Below are positions 24,961 to 34,567 of a DNA stretch of 54,085 nt, piece by piece; the first letter of the stretch is position 1, and the number at the start of each line of letters is the position of its first letter. Position numbers and translations under genes: made by a program. This stretch comes from an uncultured Clostridia bacterium (lineage in GTDB: Bacteria > Bacillota > Clostridia > Oscillospirales > Acutalibacteraceae). The stretch lies in the NCBI GenBank assembly GCA_946627725.1, contig CAMOVW010000001.1, forward strand, positions 1 to 54,085, given 5' to 3'. Below the pieces are notes generated by a model. That model saw only the letters and a list, made by a program, of their open reading frames with translations, searched no databases and was not told where the DNA came from.

Positions 24961-25305
24961 CTACATGACCTCCCTCGGATCGCGCGCCTCCAGCAGAATA
25001 TCCAGCATCCCCATGTTGATATTGACATCCAGCACGCGCATGGGCTTTCTGTCAAAGAAAACATGGGTGTTCGGCTCCGGCGCTTCTCCGCCGGGGAACT
25101 CGCTTTCGTTGACGTGAATAAGGATTTTCCGGGTGTTTGAATCCCAGGAAATATCATTCACGTTGTTGTTCTTGCGTTTCAGCGCTTCTTCTTCATCGGG
25201 TACACAGGTGATTTCCTCGCCGTTCCAGTAGTGCGTTTCCGCAAAGTGATCCATTTGCAGGAACACGCGGTTGATGTCCTCGGCGATTCGATCTTTCAGC
25301 GCCAC
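24961..25305 (-). CDS. head-tail connector-region protein (unassigned)
   Basis: 114 aa, assigned by operon position. Confidence 0.55.
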   Translation of the reverse strand: MALKDRIAEDINRVFLQMDHFAETHYWNGEEITCVPDEEEALKRKNNNVNDISWDSNTRKILIHVNESEFPGGEAPEPNTHVFFDRKPMRVLDVNINMGMLDILLEARDPREVM

Positions 25306-25308
25306 GGT

Positions 25309-25503
25309 TTACTTCTTCTTCGCGCCCTTGGTTTCCCTGGCAGGCGCTTCCGCCTCCTCGGCGGCTTCCTCGGCGGGCATTTCCTGGGCTTCCTGCGGCT
25401 CGTCCTTGGACGGGATCACGGCCTTGCCCTGTTCGATCATGCGCGCGCCGTAGCTGTCATTGACTTCAATGACTTTTTTGCTGCGGAGTTCCAAAACCTT
25501 CAC
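25309..25503 (-). CDS. small acidic structural-module protein
   Basis: 64 aa, ATGA-type coupling with the upstream gene. Confidence 0.5.
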   Translation of the reverse strand: MKVLELRSKKVIEVNDSYGARMIEQGKAVIPSKDEPQEAQEMPAEEAAEEAEAPARETKGAKKK

Positions 25504-25904
25504 TTGGTTTTACCTCCTTTCGCCGCCTTTCCGGCGCTCTTGCGGGCCGCCGTCCGGGCAGGCTTTTTCTCCTCGGCGGGGGCAGTTACCAGGCCGTCCA
25601 TCACGTCGATTTCGGGGGCCTCCGCCTCCTCGTCGATCTCGTCCTCCGGCTCCTCGTCCTGCGGTTCCTCCTCGGCGGCTTCCGGCTCCTGCTCGTCGTC
25701 AAGCGCGGCGGGGGTTTCCGGCTCGTCGGTGCCCTCCGGCTCCTCCTCGGTTTCCTCCGGCGCGGCGGGCCGTCCGGGAGCAGGCGCGGCCTTGCGGATC
25801 GCGCCTGCCTCCAGCAGCCATTTCACCTCATCGGCGGGCAGATTATCAGGCAGGATTTCGCCGGGTGTATATTTCTTGCCGATATACTTGATGGCGATAT
25901 ACAT
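25500..25904 (-). CDS. acidic low-complexity protein after the capsid gene
   Basis: 134 aa with Glu/Pro-rich centre and a basic C-terminus. Confidence 0.5.
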   Translation of the reverse strand: MYIAIKYIGKKYTPGEILPDNLPADEVKWLLEAGAIRKAAPAPGRPAAPEETEEEPEGTDEPETPAALDDEQEPEAAEEEPQDEEPEDEIDEEAEAPEIDVMDGLVTAPAEEKKPARTAARKSAGKAAKGGKTK

Positions 25905-25925
25905 TCTGGCTTTCTCCTTTCTGCC

Positions 25926-26963
25926 TTACAGCACCGTCGCCACGCACCAGCCGTCCACATTCTCCGGGACGACAGTCGGGCAGGAAGTCAGACGGTTCTT
26001 GATGGAATTGCCGTCGATGCTGCCGTAGCGCAGGGGCACCTGCTTCTTGATGTAGGTCTTGTGCTGGGCGTTCACGCCCGGTTCCTCGACCTGGGTCACG
26101 GGGCCAAAATACATTTTCAGCATGTCGGCGCTGCCCGCAATCAGGGTGCCGGACGGGATCACGGCCTTGGCGGTGCCGTCGTCGTCGATGAAGGTGCCGC
26201 TCATGCTGTACATCTCCACGCCGTCGCTGTTCCAGCCGATGAAGCGGATGCCGCTTCCGCGATACTGGGTGTTGATCTTGCCCATGTCGATGTTGCGCCC
26301 GTCGAACTGCTTGATATACTTGCTGTTGTCGATCATGGCGTCCGCCACGTCGGGAGCCATGAAGATGCGATCCACATAGCCCAGGCCGTCGTACACCAGA
26401 TCGAAGATGCTGCGCATATCGGCGTCGATCTTCGCACCGGCCTGATCCCATTTGGTCTGGGGCACATAGTTGTTGGTGAAGCCATAGTCGGCAATCATGC
26501 TCGCCTCGATGCCCCGGCCCTCGTTGGTGTAGTTGAACACGGACAGCTTGCCGGTGAGGATCACCTGGCGCACCATCCACTCATACCGGCGCTGAATGGC
26601 CTTGCGCATGTCCACAAGGTCTTTCGCCATCATCTTGCGCTCGCGCTCCTGGGGCGTCATAGCGCCCAGCACGCGCTCACCGAACATCCGGCCTTTGAGG
26701 TTGCTGTCCTCGATAATGCGCTCCGGGGCCACGCAGCAGAAGCCGATTTCGCGGGTTTCGTAGCCGTCGCGATCCATCAGGACGCCGCCAGCGCCGGGGC
26801 GCACGGTAGGAGCCATGCGGCGGCTGCCCTTGCGGAAGTCCCAGATGGCCTTTTCGTCCTCGACGGTGCCAGCGTCACGGCAGAAGAAGTCAAACAGCGC
26901 GGAATACTCGCGGGGCAGAAGCTCGATAGCCGCGAGCTGCGCACGGGTGGAATAAATATCCAT
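25926..26963 (-). CDS. major capsid protein (lambda gpE family)
   Basis: 345 aa. N-terminus MDIYSTRAQLAAIE parallels lambda E (MSMYTTAQLLAANE). Follows the decoration gene. Confidence 0.9.
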   Translation of the reverse strand: MDIYSTRAQLAAIELLPREYSALFDFFCRDAGTVEDEKAIWDFRKGSRRMAPTVRPGAGGVLMDRDGYETREIGFCCVAPERIIEDSNLKGRMFGERVLGAMTPQERERKMMAKDLVDMRKAIQRRYEWMVRQVILTGKLSVFNYTNEGRGIEASMIADYGFTNNYVPQTKWDQAGAKIDADMRSIFDLVYDGLGYVDRIFMAPDVADAMIDNSKYIKQFDGRNIDMGKINTQYRGSGIRFIGWNSDGVEMYSMSGTFIDDDGTAKAVIPSGTLIAGSADMLKMYFGPVTQVEEPGVNAQHKTYIKKQVPLRYGSIDGNSIKNRLTSCPTVVPENVDGWCVATVL

Positions 26964-27000
26964 AGTCGGTTAATCTCCTTTCGCTTTGTTTCGGCCCTTA

Positions 27001-27426
27001 TCAGGAGCCGGTCACGGTGTTGGTGAAGGTGGTCGTGCTCTCCTTCTTGTCGAACACGATGCCCTGCTGCCGCAGGATCACCTTGTGGGCGTCGGTCAGG
27101 GCCGCACCGGCAGCCAGCTTCACAACGCCGTCGATGAAGCAGCCCGCGCGATAGGCAAGGCCGTCCTCGGCAACGGCAGTTACGCCGGAAGCCGGGGCGT
27201 TGCCGGAGGCGACGGCCTCTTTCAGCACCGCGAGCTGGTTGGTGTTCACAACCTGGGCGGCGGCGGCGGGTGCCCACAGGCCGGAAGCCTTGCGGTACAT
27301 CAGCGTACCGGCGGGAATGTCGCCGTTGCCGGGTTCGCAGGGAATGGCGATCTTGTCCGCGCCCTGCGGGTCGGCCAGCAGATTGACGGGGGTGCTGGTG
27401 CCGATCACTCCATAGATTTCAGCCAT
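27001..27426 (-). CDS. head decoration protein (lambda gpD-like)
   Basis: 141 aa between protease/scaffold and capsid genes, with a gpD-like pattern. Confidence 0.7.
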   Translation of the reverse strand: MAEIYGVIGTSTPVNLLADPQGADKIAIPCEPGNGDIPAGTLMYRKASGLWAPAAAAQVVNTNQLAVLKEAVASGNAPASGVTAVAEDGLAYRAGCFIDGVVKLAAGAALTDAHKVILRQQGIVFDKKESTTTFTNTVTGS

Positions 27427-27462
27427 TGTTAATGTCCTCCTTTACGTTCTTCTGGCCGGAAA

Positions 27463-28647
27463 TCAGAACATGGTTTCGTTGCCGCTGCCCGCGTACTGCT
27501 TGGCATACTCGGCAACGGCCTTCGCGTTGTCCTGGATTTCCTGTTCCTCGGTCTTATGGTTGCTGGCGGGTTCTCCGCCGGGGACGTTCTGCGCGGGGGC
27601 GGTTTCCTGCTGCCGCGCGGCCATGAAGCCAGCGCCCTTGGCTTTCTTGGCCTGGACGAGCTGCTTCACGAAGTCGGCGGGGCTGGTGCCGTTGGCCTTG
27701 GCCTGGGCGGCCAGCTCCTCATAGCCCGGATCGGTCAGGGCGTCGATCTCGTCCTGGCGCGCGCGCTCGGCGGCAACCGCGCTCTGCTGAATCTGCTCAA
27801 GCAGCGCCGGGTTTTCCGCACGAAGCTGATCCACGTTGATGTCCTTGATGTCCATGGTGTCATGTTCCTCCTCGTGTTGATTTATTTCAGTCGAGGCCCC
27901 GGCAACTGGAGCTTCGTGACTGACGGTAGGGGTGGGGGCCGCCGGTTCGGTGTCCTTCTCGGCAATCTGTTCCGGCACGGCCTTGTACAGGTTGCGCATG
28001 GTCGCCATGACGCGGCTCGTCACGCACGCGGCGGCGGGCGTTTCGCCCTTGACCTCGGCTTCCAGAACCTCGTCCGCGAAGCCGTATTCCACGGCCTGAT
28101 CCGCCGTGAACCACGTTTCCGCGTCCATCCAGTCCTTGATCTGCTCCTCGGCCTGCCCCGTGCGTTTCATGTAAAAGCCCCGCGACATCTTTTCGATGTT
28201 GCGGAGCCGGTCAATGGTGTGTTCAAGCTCGTTGGCGTTGCCCAGCGCGTAGCACCAGGGGTTGTGAATCATGTATTCGCTTCCCTCGGCAATGGCGACG
28301 TGTGCCCCCGGCAGGGTGGCAATATCCGTCGCCGCGCTGGCGCACATCCCTTCAATGCGGATGTTGATTTCCTCAAATCCGGCATTGGCAAGGATGCTCC
28401 GCATGGCGACGCTCTCCGTGCAAACGCCGCCGGGGCTGTTGATCCGAAGCAGCAGCTTCTTGGCTCCGGCTTTCAGCACGTCCTTGATGGCTTTGTCGAA
28501 GTCGGCGGCGCTCTTGTCCTCCTCGCTCCACTTCCACCATTTCGGCCCGTCCTCCACAATTTCGCCGTACAGCATCACTTCCGCCGTGTCGCTGTTCTCG
28601 GCCTCCATGTGGACGTTGTATGCCAGTCTGAAAATATCTCTCGGCAT
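27463..28647 (-). CDS. ClpP-family head maturation protease fused to a scaffold-like C-terminus
   Basis: RINSPGGVCTES, GMCASAAT and MIHNPW match the ClpP Ser/His motifs. Coiled C-terminal half. Confidence 0.85.
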   Translation of the reverse strand: MPRDIFRLAYNVHMEAENSDTAEVMLYGEIVEDGPKWWKWSEEDKSAADFDKAIKDVLKAGAKKLLLRINSPGGVCTESVAMRSILANAGFEEINIRIEGMCASAATDIATLPGAHVAIAEGSEYMIHNPWCYALGNANELEHTIDRLRNIEKMSRGFYMKRTGQAEEQIKDWMDAETWFTADQAVEYGFADEVLEAEVKGETPAAACVTSRVMATMRNLYKAVPEQIAEKDTEPAAPTPTVSHEAPVAGASTEINQHEEEHDTMDIKDINVDQLRAENPALLEQIQQSAVAAERARQDEIDALTDPGYEELAAQAKANGTSPADFVKQLVQAKKAKGAGFMAARQQETAPAQNVPGGEPASNHKTEEQEIQDNAKAVAEYAKQYAGSGNETMF

Positions 28648-30302
28648 TACTCCTCGTCCTCCTCTTTCTCCTCGTCGTCGGCCTGCTGGCCGTTGTCGCT
28701 CTCCTGCGCGGCTCCGCCCATTTCGGCCCTTTCGGCGATTTCCTTCTTGCGCTGCCGCACGATGGCCGATCTGTCGTTGCCGTTGTATTCCATGGCTTCC
28801 TGTTCCTCGGTGGTGATGTTGTTGCGGATGCGAACCTCCGCCGCGTTGACCTCTTTCAGCGGGTCAACATGGCCCATGCTCGCGCCCATCCAACTGCACC
28901 CGCACCAGGCGAGCCGCACGGCTGGATCGTCGAAAAAACCGGGCGCGTCAATGCGTCCGGTTGCCACGGCCTCGGAAAGCCATTGCTCGTAGATCGGTTG
29001 GTTGAAAGCGGTATTGAACCGCGTCCTGTACACCCTCACCGTCCGCCAGAAATCCAGCAGCGCGGCGCGGGCTGCCGTGTAGTTGCTCTCATACTTCTTG
29101 ATAAGCACTTCCTTGGGGATGCCCATAGAGGAGGCAATCACGGTAATACAGGTGTTGACGAAGCTCTCAAACTGCGTGTCGCTGCGCTTCGGGTCAACGG
29201 TGGTTACGTCCTTTCCGGGCGGCAGATCATAGATCGCGCCGGGGGCAAGCTCCAATTTCAGCTCGTCGTCCGTAACCTTCTCGTCCTCGTTTACCGCGTC
29301 CTCCATGCCCGCCTTGCCGTCGTCCTCCTTGGACGTGATAAACAGCGTCAGCATGGCGGAAACAACCTTTCCTGCAAGCTCCGCGTTCATGTACCGCGTG
29401 AATTGCTTGATAAGCTCGATCTCCGCCGAAACGAAGGGGATGCCGCGCCTCTGCTCCGGCCTCTCGTAGGTCATGACTTGCAGGATGTTCGGGTAGCCCG
29501 TGTCCTTGCCGTAGGCGTCAATGGGCGTCCACTTCAATTCGCTGCTGTCGTTGCCCGCGTTCGGGCTGCGGCTGGCGATGTGATACTTGATTACGGCCCC
29601 TTCCTTGTCGATCTCCACGCCGTCGATGATCCGGCCCCCGCTCTCGGTTTCCGTGCTCTCGCTGCTGCCGGAGCTGTCCGGGTTGCAGATGCGGTCTGCC
29701 TCCAAAAGGCGGATGGTGGTCTGGTAGGGTGTCCGCTTGTTTGGCTTCATCCCGAACAGGGCGAACACGTCCCCGGACATGAGCACGGACAGAAAAGCGA
29801 GCTGCTGCAATCCGTAAAAGTTTTGCTGCCGCTGCGCGTCGCACATGGTATTGTCGGCCCACAGCTTCCACTCCCGAAGGATGGCCTGCTCTGCTTCCTC
29901 CCGCGCCTTGTCCGTCATGCCCAGGAAAGCGCCGTCAATCTTGGGCTTGGGCTGGATGCCCCATCCCACAACGGAGGTTGTCAGGGTTTCCGGCCCGCTT
30001 CTGGCAAGGCCGCCGCCCTCGTAAAGATCGCGCGCCCGTTGCCGTAGGGTGGAGCTTTGGAGGTCAATATCGTCCTCCGCGTTGCCCGCGTCCACAATCC
30101 AGCCGACCAGGCTGTTGAGCGTCTGGCTGGCCCCGTGGCTCGCGTAGCTCATACGCGGGCCGCTGCGGCCCCTCTCGCGGCTTTCCGCCGTGCCCTGCTC
30201 CTTGGCCCTTTCCTCGCGCAGGCGCTTGTTATAGGCGTCATTCCCGCGCTTTGGGCTGAACAGGTAAAGGGCGCGCTCTCTGAATTTCGGTCTTTCGTTC
30301 AT
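28647..30302 (-). CDS. portal protein (lambda gpB family)
   Basis: 551 aa between gpW and the protease, with a portal-type N-terminal pattern. Confidence 0.9.
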   Translation of the reverse strand: MNERPKFRERALYLFSPKRGNDAYNKRLREERAKEQGTAESRERGRSGPRMSYASHGASQTLNSLVGWIVDAGNAEDDIDLQSSTLRQRARDLYEGGGLARSGPETLTTSVVGWGIQPKPKIDGAFLGMTDKAREEAEQAILREWKLWADNTMCDAQRQQNFYGLQQLAFLSVLMSGDVFALFGMKPNKRTPYQTTIRLLEADRICNPDSSGSSESTETESGGRIIDGVEIDKEGAVIKYHIASRSPNAGNDSSELKWTPIDAYGKDTGYPNILQVMTYERPEQRRGIPFVSAEIELIKQFTRYMNAELAGKVVSAMLTLFITSKEDDGKAGMEDAVNEDEKVTDDELKLELAPGAIYDLPPGKDVTTVDPKRSDTQFESFVNTCITVIASSMGIPKEVLIKKYESNYTAARAALLDFWRTVRVYRTRFNTAFNQPIYEQWLSEAVATGRIDAPGFFDDPAVRLAWCGCSWMGASMGHVDPLKEVNAAEVRIRNNITTEEQEAMEYNGNDRSAIVRQRKKEIAERAEMGGAAQESDNGQQADDEEKEEDEE

Positions 30303-30316
30303 CCGTCACGCCCTCC

Positions 30317-30559
30317 TCACAGATCGCGCGGCACCACGCGGGTCACGCGCTTGGTTCTCACTTCGCCGGACAGGGCTTCCACCAGATTGCCGAAATAGTT
30401 GATCGCGGCCCTGATGTCCTCCATGTCAACAAGCGTACATTCCCGCGTGCCCACACGGTAGCTTGTCACCTGTCCGCTCGCCAAAGCCTTTTCGGCGCTT
30501 TTCCACAGTTCCAGCATTTCCCTGGCTTCCGCCAGCGTGTATGCGGAGATTGCCGCCAT
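30317..30559 (-). CDS. head-tail joining protein gpW-like
   Basis: 80 aa between terminase and portal. Similar in pattern to lambda W. Confidence 0.7.
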   Translation of the reverse strand: MAAISAYTLAEAREMLELWKSAEKALASGQVTSYRVGTRECTLVDMEDIRAAINYFGNLVEALSGEVRTKRVTRVVPRDL

Positions 30560-30574
30560 GCTTTCACGCTCCTT

Positions 30575-32437
30575 TTATACTTGGATTCCCCGGCTCACCA
30601 CGCGGCGCTGTCTCCGCTTGGTTTCCTCGGTCTTGGTGATGATCTTCTTCGGCTCCTCGATGCCGTTCACGATGCGCTCCAGCTCGTCAAACCGCCAATG
30701 GAAGTAGCGGTAGGCCATGCGCGCGTAATTGCGGCAGTCCAGCGGTTCGTTGCGCTCGTAGAATTGTTCCCATACGATCACGCCCTGGCCGCCGCGCCGG
30801 TGTATCTCCATCCGCTCCGAAATCAGGCCCTTGAAATACTCCATGTCATAGCCTGCTCGGTAGTCGATGGGGAAGTGCATGTAGTTGGGGCCGGGTTCCT
30901 CCACGGCGGCCTCGTACATGATGCCCTCCTTGCCAGCGTCAACGCCCAGCATGAATTTAGCACCTTCGCCCTGGCCGCGCTTCATGGGGCGGCACTCCGG
31001 CTTTCCTTCGCCCTTCTCGCCCTTGATAGGCCAGATGCGCTTGCTCGCCCGCTTCGCACAGGCTTTGTATATGGCCGTCGTGAAGTGGCCGCCGGAGTCA
31101 ATGAACGTCGCAAGGATTTTCATTTTCATGCCGTTGGCAAGCCGCCATTCACGATCCAGCAGTGCGTCCACTTCCTCCCAAACGCCGGGAGCGTCGGCCC
31201 GTCCAGGGATCACGCCCCGGCTGATGCCCCAGCTTTGCCCGTTCCGATCCCAGCCCACAACCTCGTATTCCAGGCGGTTATCCTGCGTGTCCATGCCCAT
31301 TGTCAGCAGCAGAACGCCCGTCGGCACCTCCGCGTCGTAGTGCTCGCGGCGCTTGTACAGCGTTTCGTCAAGTCCGCTGTTGGTGTGTACCTCCCAGCTT
31401 TCGCCCAAAATCGTGTTGTAGAAGGTCTTTAGCTTCTCCGGGTCTTTATGGGCTTTGAGGAATTTCCAGACAATATCCTTCCAGTCGCTCCAGGGCGACA
31501 TAAAGGCGTTGAGGCGGAAGGAGCGGATGCCGTTCTGAATGGCTTTCGGGTTCTTCTGCACCCATTTGGCAGGCAGGCGCTTGCACTCGTATTCGCCGAT
31601 GTCGCGCTTGCACGTCGGGCACCGCCACGTTACAACCTTGACGTGATAATCCTCGTCGCCGCCCTCGTTCACATAGTCCTCTTTCTCGAAGTGGATGTCA
31701 GCGAAGCGGATGTAGTTGTAGGTGTGACAATGCGGGCACTCGGTATGCCATTCCTCCTGTGTGCCGTTCATGTAATCCGTTTCAATCTTGGATTTCCCCT
31801 TTATCGTCGGCGTGCTGGTCTTAACTATCTTGCGGTTATGCCGGAAAGTTTCGGTTCGGCGCTCGGCCAATTCCTGCGGGTCGCCCTCTGTTCCGGCGCT
31901 GGCCGGGAAGCGGTCTGTTTCGTCCATGAAGATGTACCTCACCGGCTTACTGGATAGGTCGGCGGGGCTGTTGGCCCCGATGATGGCAAGGCTGCCGCCG
32001 GGAAAGGTTTTCATGCTGATGGTGTTTGCCGCGTCGCGGCTCCGCGCCTTGAACACTTTTTCCCGCAGCGTCGGGCACGCCTGGATCATGGGGGCGATAC
32101 GCCGCTTGGAATAGTCCTCCGCCACCTTGTCCGTCGGCTGAATGTAGAGCATCGGGCCGGGGTCGTTGTCGATGGCGCACCCCATCATGTTCAGCTCGAT
32201 TTCGGATTTGCCCACCTGGGCGCTCGCCATAATCACGATCTGCCATATTCCCGGCTGGGTGAAGGCGTCCATAATCTCCCGCTGATAGGGGGCGCGGTCA
32301 GTTCGCCATGCGCCGGGTTCCGCGCTGCTCTCCGAAACGAGCACGCGGTTTGCGTCCGCCCATTCCGACACCGTTTGCTGTGCCGGGGGCCGGAACATCG
32401 AATAGGTGTATCGGGCGAGTTCGGCTATGGCGCTCAT
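30575..32437 (-). CDS. terL: terminase large subunit (lambda GpA family)
   Basis: 620 aa. Walker A-like ASAQVGKSE. The N-terminal region is typical of GpA. Confidence 0.95.
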   Translation of the reverse strand: MSAIAELARYTYSMFRPPAQQTVSEWADANRVLVSESSAEPGAWRTDRAPYQREIMDAFTQPGIWQIVIMASAQVGKSEIELNMMGCAIDNDPGPMLYIQPTDKVAEDYSKRRIAPMIQACPTLREKVFKARSRDAANTISMKTFPGGSLAIIGANSPADLSSKPVRYIFMDETDRFPASAGTEGDPQELAERRTETFRHNRKIVKTSTPTIKGKSKIETDYMNGTQEEWHTECPHCHTYNYIRFADIHFEKEDYVNEGGDEDYHVKVVTWRCPTCKRDIGEYECKRLPAKWVQKNPKAIQNGIRSFRLNAFMSPWSDWKDIVWKFLKAHKDPEKLKTFYNTILGESWEVHTNSGLDETLYKRREHYDAEVPTGVLLLTMGMDTQDNRLEYEVVGWDRNGQSWGISRGVIPGRADAPGVWEEVDALLDREWRLANGMKMKILATFIDSGGHFTTAIYKACAKRASKRIWPIKGEKGEGKPECRPMKRGQGEGAKFMLGVDAGKEGIMYEAAVEEPGPNYMHFPIDYRAGYDMEYFKGLISERMEIHRRGGQGVIVWEQFYERNEPLDCRNYARMAYRYFHWRFDELERIVNGIEEPKKIITKTEETKRRQRRVVSRGIQV

Positions 32438-32440
32438 GCG

Positions 32441-32968
32441 TTATACCTCCTCGTCGCCCTCCTCCTCGCTTTCTTCGCTGCTCTCCTCCGCCGCGTAGGT
32501 TGGCAGGGGAGTATCGGCGATTTCCTCCAGCGCTGCGCGGATTTCCTTGCCGATCATGTCCGCGATCACTTCCGCGTTATCCTGCATCAGCAGCATGGGG
32601 GCAAGTTTACTCGGAAGGTGGATCATGTTTTGCATGACGGTGTTTGCGATGTCGCCCCAAAGCCGCTTCACGTCCTGCACGTCGATCAACTGGCCGCGCA
32701 TCCGGGCTACTTCCAGCTCGGTTTTCTGCGTCTTGACCACTTCATGCCGCGCCTTTACCGTGTCCAGGTCGTCCACTTCGGAGGCTTCATTGTTGACGTT
32801 GTAATCAACCCACCGCTGCACAAAAATAGCGAGGTCGTACTTGCCGCCCTCGCTCTCTACAAACAGTTTCTTTTCCTGCGGTTGATCCCGGTCTATGTCG
32901 TACAACCGCCGGTATGTATAGCCTGCGATCTGCGCAAGCTCTTTTTTTGTCATGCCAGGAATCGCCAT
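32441..32968 (-). CDS. terS: terminase small subunit
   Basis: 175 aa directly upstream of terL. N-terminal HTH-like MTKKELAQIAGYTYRRLYDI and an acidic tail. Confidence 0.7.
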   Translation of the reverse strand: MAIPGMTKKELAQIAGYTYRRLYDIDRDQPQEKKLFVESEGGKYDLAIFVQRWVDYNVNNEASEVDDLDTVKARHEVVKTQKTELEVARMRGQLIDVQDVKRLWGDIANTVMQNMIHLPSKLAPMLLMQDNAEVIADMIGKEIRAALEEIADTPLPTYAAEESSEESEEEGDEEV

Positions 32969-32970
32969 GC

Positions 32971-33588
32971 TTACACCCTCATAGCCCGCATAAACTCATG
33001 TTCGATGCGCTGCTTCATGTACTCCAGGATGTCCTTCTGCACTTCCGCCTCGCTTCGGTTCATGGGCATCTGCGGAATGGCGATACCGACAACCTTCTTG
33101 ATGGGGAAGCGCCGTTTCCCGGCGCGGGTGAAGGTCAGGCCGCCCAGCTTGCTTCCCAGGTTACGGAAAGGAGGCTGGCCGCCGTAGCTGCCCATGGTGG
33201 CCGGAAGCGTGCTCACGCCCGCCTTGACGACGCGGCCCTTGACGCGGTATTTTCTCCGCAGGCTGTTCCAGCCGTGCGCGCCGCCGCTGGCGCTGTACCG
33301 TCCGCCGATGCTGCCCCGGCTGTCCCGGATGGGGATAGTGCATCCCAGGCCGCCCGCGCTGGATGTCATTTTCGCGTTTCCCACGGCGCTGCTGATCTGC
33401 CCCGCCTTAACGTGGTATTCATGGGGAAGGTCTTGCCGCAGGATCATCTTCACATGGCCGCCCGTCCGCTGGAAGATGGAATACATGATCTGGTTAAACC
33501 GCTCCGGCGTAACCACCGCTTTCAGCGCGTTCACCTTATCCTGCAATTCGCTGGCGTCGATTTCCAGGTATATGCTCGGATTTGCCAC
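32971..33588 (-). CDS. first late-operon protein, minor-tail-protein-Z-like (uncertain)
   Basis: GTG 33588 behind GGGGGTGGAA. Gly/Ser/Arg-rich middle and FPIKKVVGIAIPQM as in gpZ-type proteins. Confidence 0.45.
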   Translation of the reverse strand: MANPSIYLEIDASELQDKVNALKAVVTPERFNQIMYSIFQRTGGHVKMILRQDLPHEYHVKAGQISSAVGNAKMTSSAGGLGCTIPIRDSRGSIGGRYSASGGAHGWNSLRRKYRVKGRVVKAGVSTLPATMGSYGGQPPFRNLGSKLGGLTFTRAGKRRFPIKKVVGIAIPQMPMNRSEAEVQKDILEYMKQRIEHEFMRAMRV

Positions 33589-33607
33589 GTTTCCACCCCC
33601 CTCACGG

Positions 33608-33642
33608 GCATAAAAATAAGCGGGCAACGATGTGTTGTCCGC
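33608..33642 (-). terminator. terminator-like hairpin in the late-operon leader
   Basis: Minus strand GCGGACAAC-ACATC-GTTGCCCGC (one mismatch) followed by TTATTTTTAT. Lies between the promoter and the first late gene. Confidence 0.55.
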
Positions 33643-33665
33643 TTTCCACTTCTGGCGACGTTATC

Positions 33666-33694
33666 ATAATAGCACATTCGGCTTTTTATTTCAA
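33666..33694 (-). promoter_or_regulatory. late-operon promoter candidate
   Basis: Minus strand TTGAAA (33694-33689), 17-nt spacer, TATTAT (33671-33666). A/T-rich upstream tract. Confidence 0.55.
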
Positions 33695-33726
33695 CCCGCT
33701 TTTTGGAAAAATTTTTGGGCCTGTTT

Positions 33727-34239
33727 TTATCCCTTCTGCACAACGATATAGCGCTCCTGCCACTTCACCGCCGCCATGCTCGGCGCGTCCTCCACGGCCC
33801 GCCGCGCCCGGTCAAACCCGCGCCACGTCATGTTAAGCTCCTGCCTGATTTTCACATCCGGCACGTCCATGACATACTTCATCATGACAAAGGTTCGCAT
33901 GGTCTGGCTCTCGATGCTGTTCAGTATCTTTTGAGCCTTGCGGAGCTGCCGCGCGTACTCCTTGCATTGCGTTTCCTGCTCCTCGTCCAGCTCGGACAGC
34001 ATGGCAAAGGCGCTGTCAAGTCCCTTTGGCAGGCCGCCGCCTCCAGGCATCCCCGTCAAGTGCTGGGTGATGTTCGTCATTCTGTCGCGCTGCCAGTCCC
34101 GCCGCTCCTCGATCTGGCGTACCATCTGCATGATGTACAGGATTTCGGACAGCAAAGGGATGTCCCTGTTGCGTACCTCAACCGGCCTTTGCTCCTTCTC
34201 CACGGCCCCGCCCTGGGCAGGCGCTTTCTCGTTGCTCAT
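33727..34239 (-). CDS. sigma-70 region-4-like / DUF1492-type putative late-gene regulator
   Basis: LTGMPGGGGLPKGLD followed by a C-terminal HTH-like MMKYVMDVPDVKIRQELNMTWRGFDRARRAV. Last gene before the late promoter. Confidence 0.5.
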   Translation of the reverse strand: MSNEKAPAQGGAVEKEQRPVEVRNRDIPLLSEILYIMQMVRQIEERRDWQRDRMTNITQHLTGMPGGGGLPKGLDSAFAMLSELDEEQETQCKEYARQLRKAQKILNSIESQTMRTFVMMKYVMDVPDVKIRQELNMTWRGFDRARRAVEDAPSMAAVKWQERYIVVQKG

Positions 34240-34242
34240 GGT

Positions 34243-34524
34243 TCATCCCTCCAACTGGCGCTTTTTCATGCTCTTTTTGTAGGCAAGCCGTTCTCTGAAA
34301 TGATCCGCCCTGCCGATGTGGATTTTCCCAGCTTCTATTTCATCGTCAATGAAAATCCGAATACCTGACAGCGCGTACATCGCGGAGTACGGTTGCGGTT
34401 CCCCGATCTCTTTCTTCAAGGCTTCGTATGTTTCGCCGTTCATAGCTACGGCGTCCGCATGAAGCCCTACCTCCGCCATATCGCGCCCGATCATCTCTTG
34501 AATCTCTGCCAGAATACGCCTCAT
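34243..34524 (-). CDS. hypothetical protein
   Basis: ATG 34524 behind GGAGGAC. Confidence 0.5.
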   Translation of the reverse strand: MRRILAEIQEMIGRDMAEVGLHADAVAMNGETYEALKKEIGEPQPYSAMYALSGIRIFIDDEIEAGKIHIGRADHFRERLAYKKSMKKRQLEG

Positions 34525-34541
34525 AATTCCGTCCTCCAAAT

Positions 34542-34557
34542 CCGCGAGCGCTCGCGG
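34542..34557. promoter_or_regulatory. palindrome CCGCGAGCGCTCGCGG (shared hairpin core)
   Basis: Read directly. Intergenic between 34568..35065 and 34243..34524. Confidence 0.45.
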
Positions 34558-34567
34558 TTTTCTATGT

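Noticed and set aside
33589-33627. TTG start at 33627 for the first late gene
   Set aside because: It lies inside the leader hairpin and has no ribosome site. GTG 33588 follows GGGGGTGGAA.
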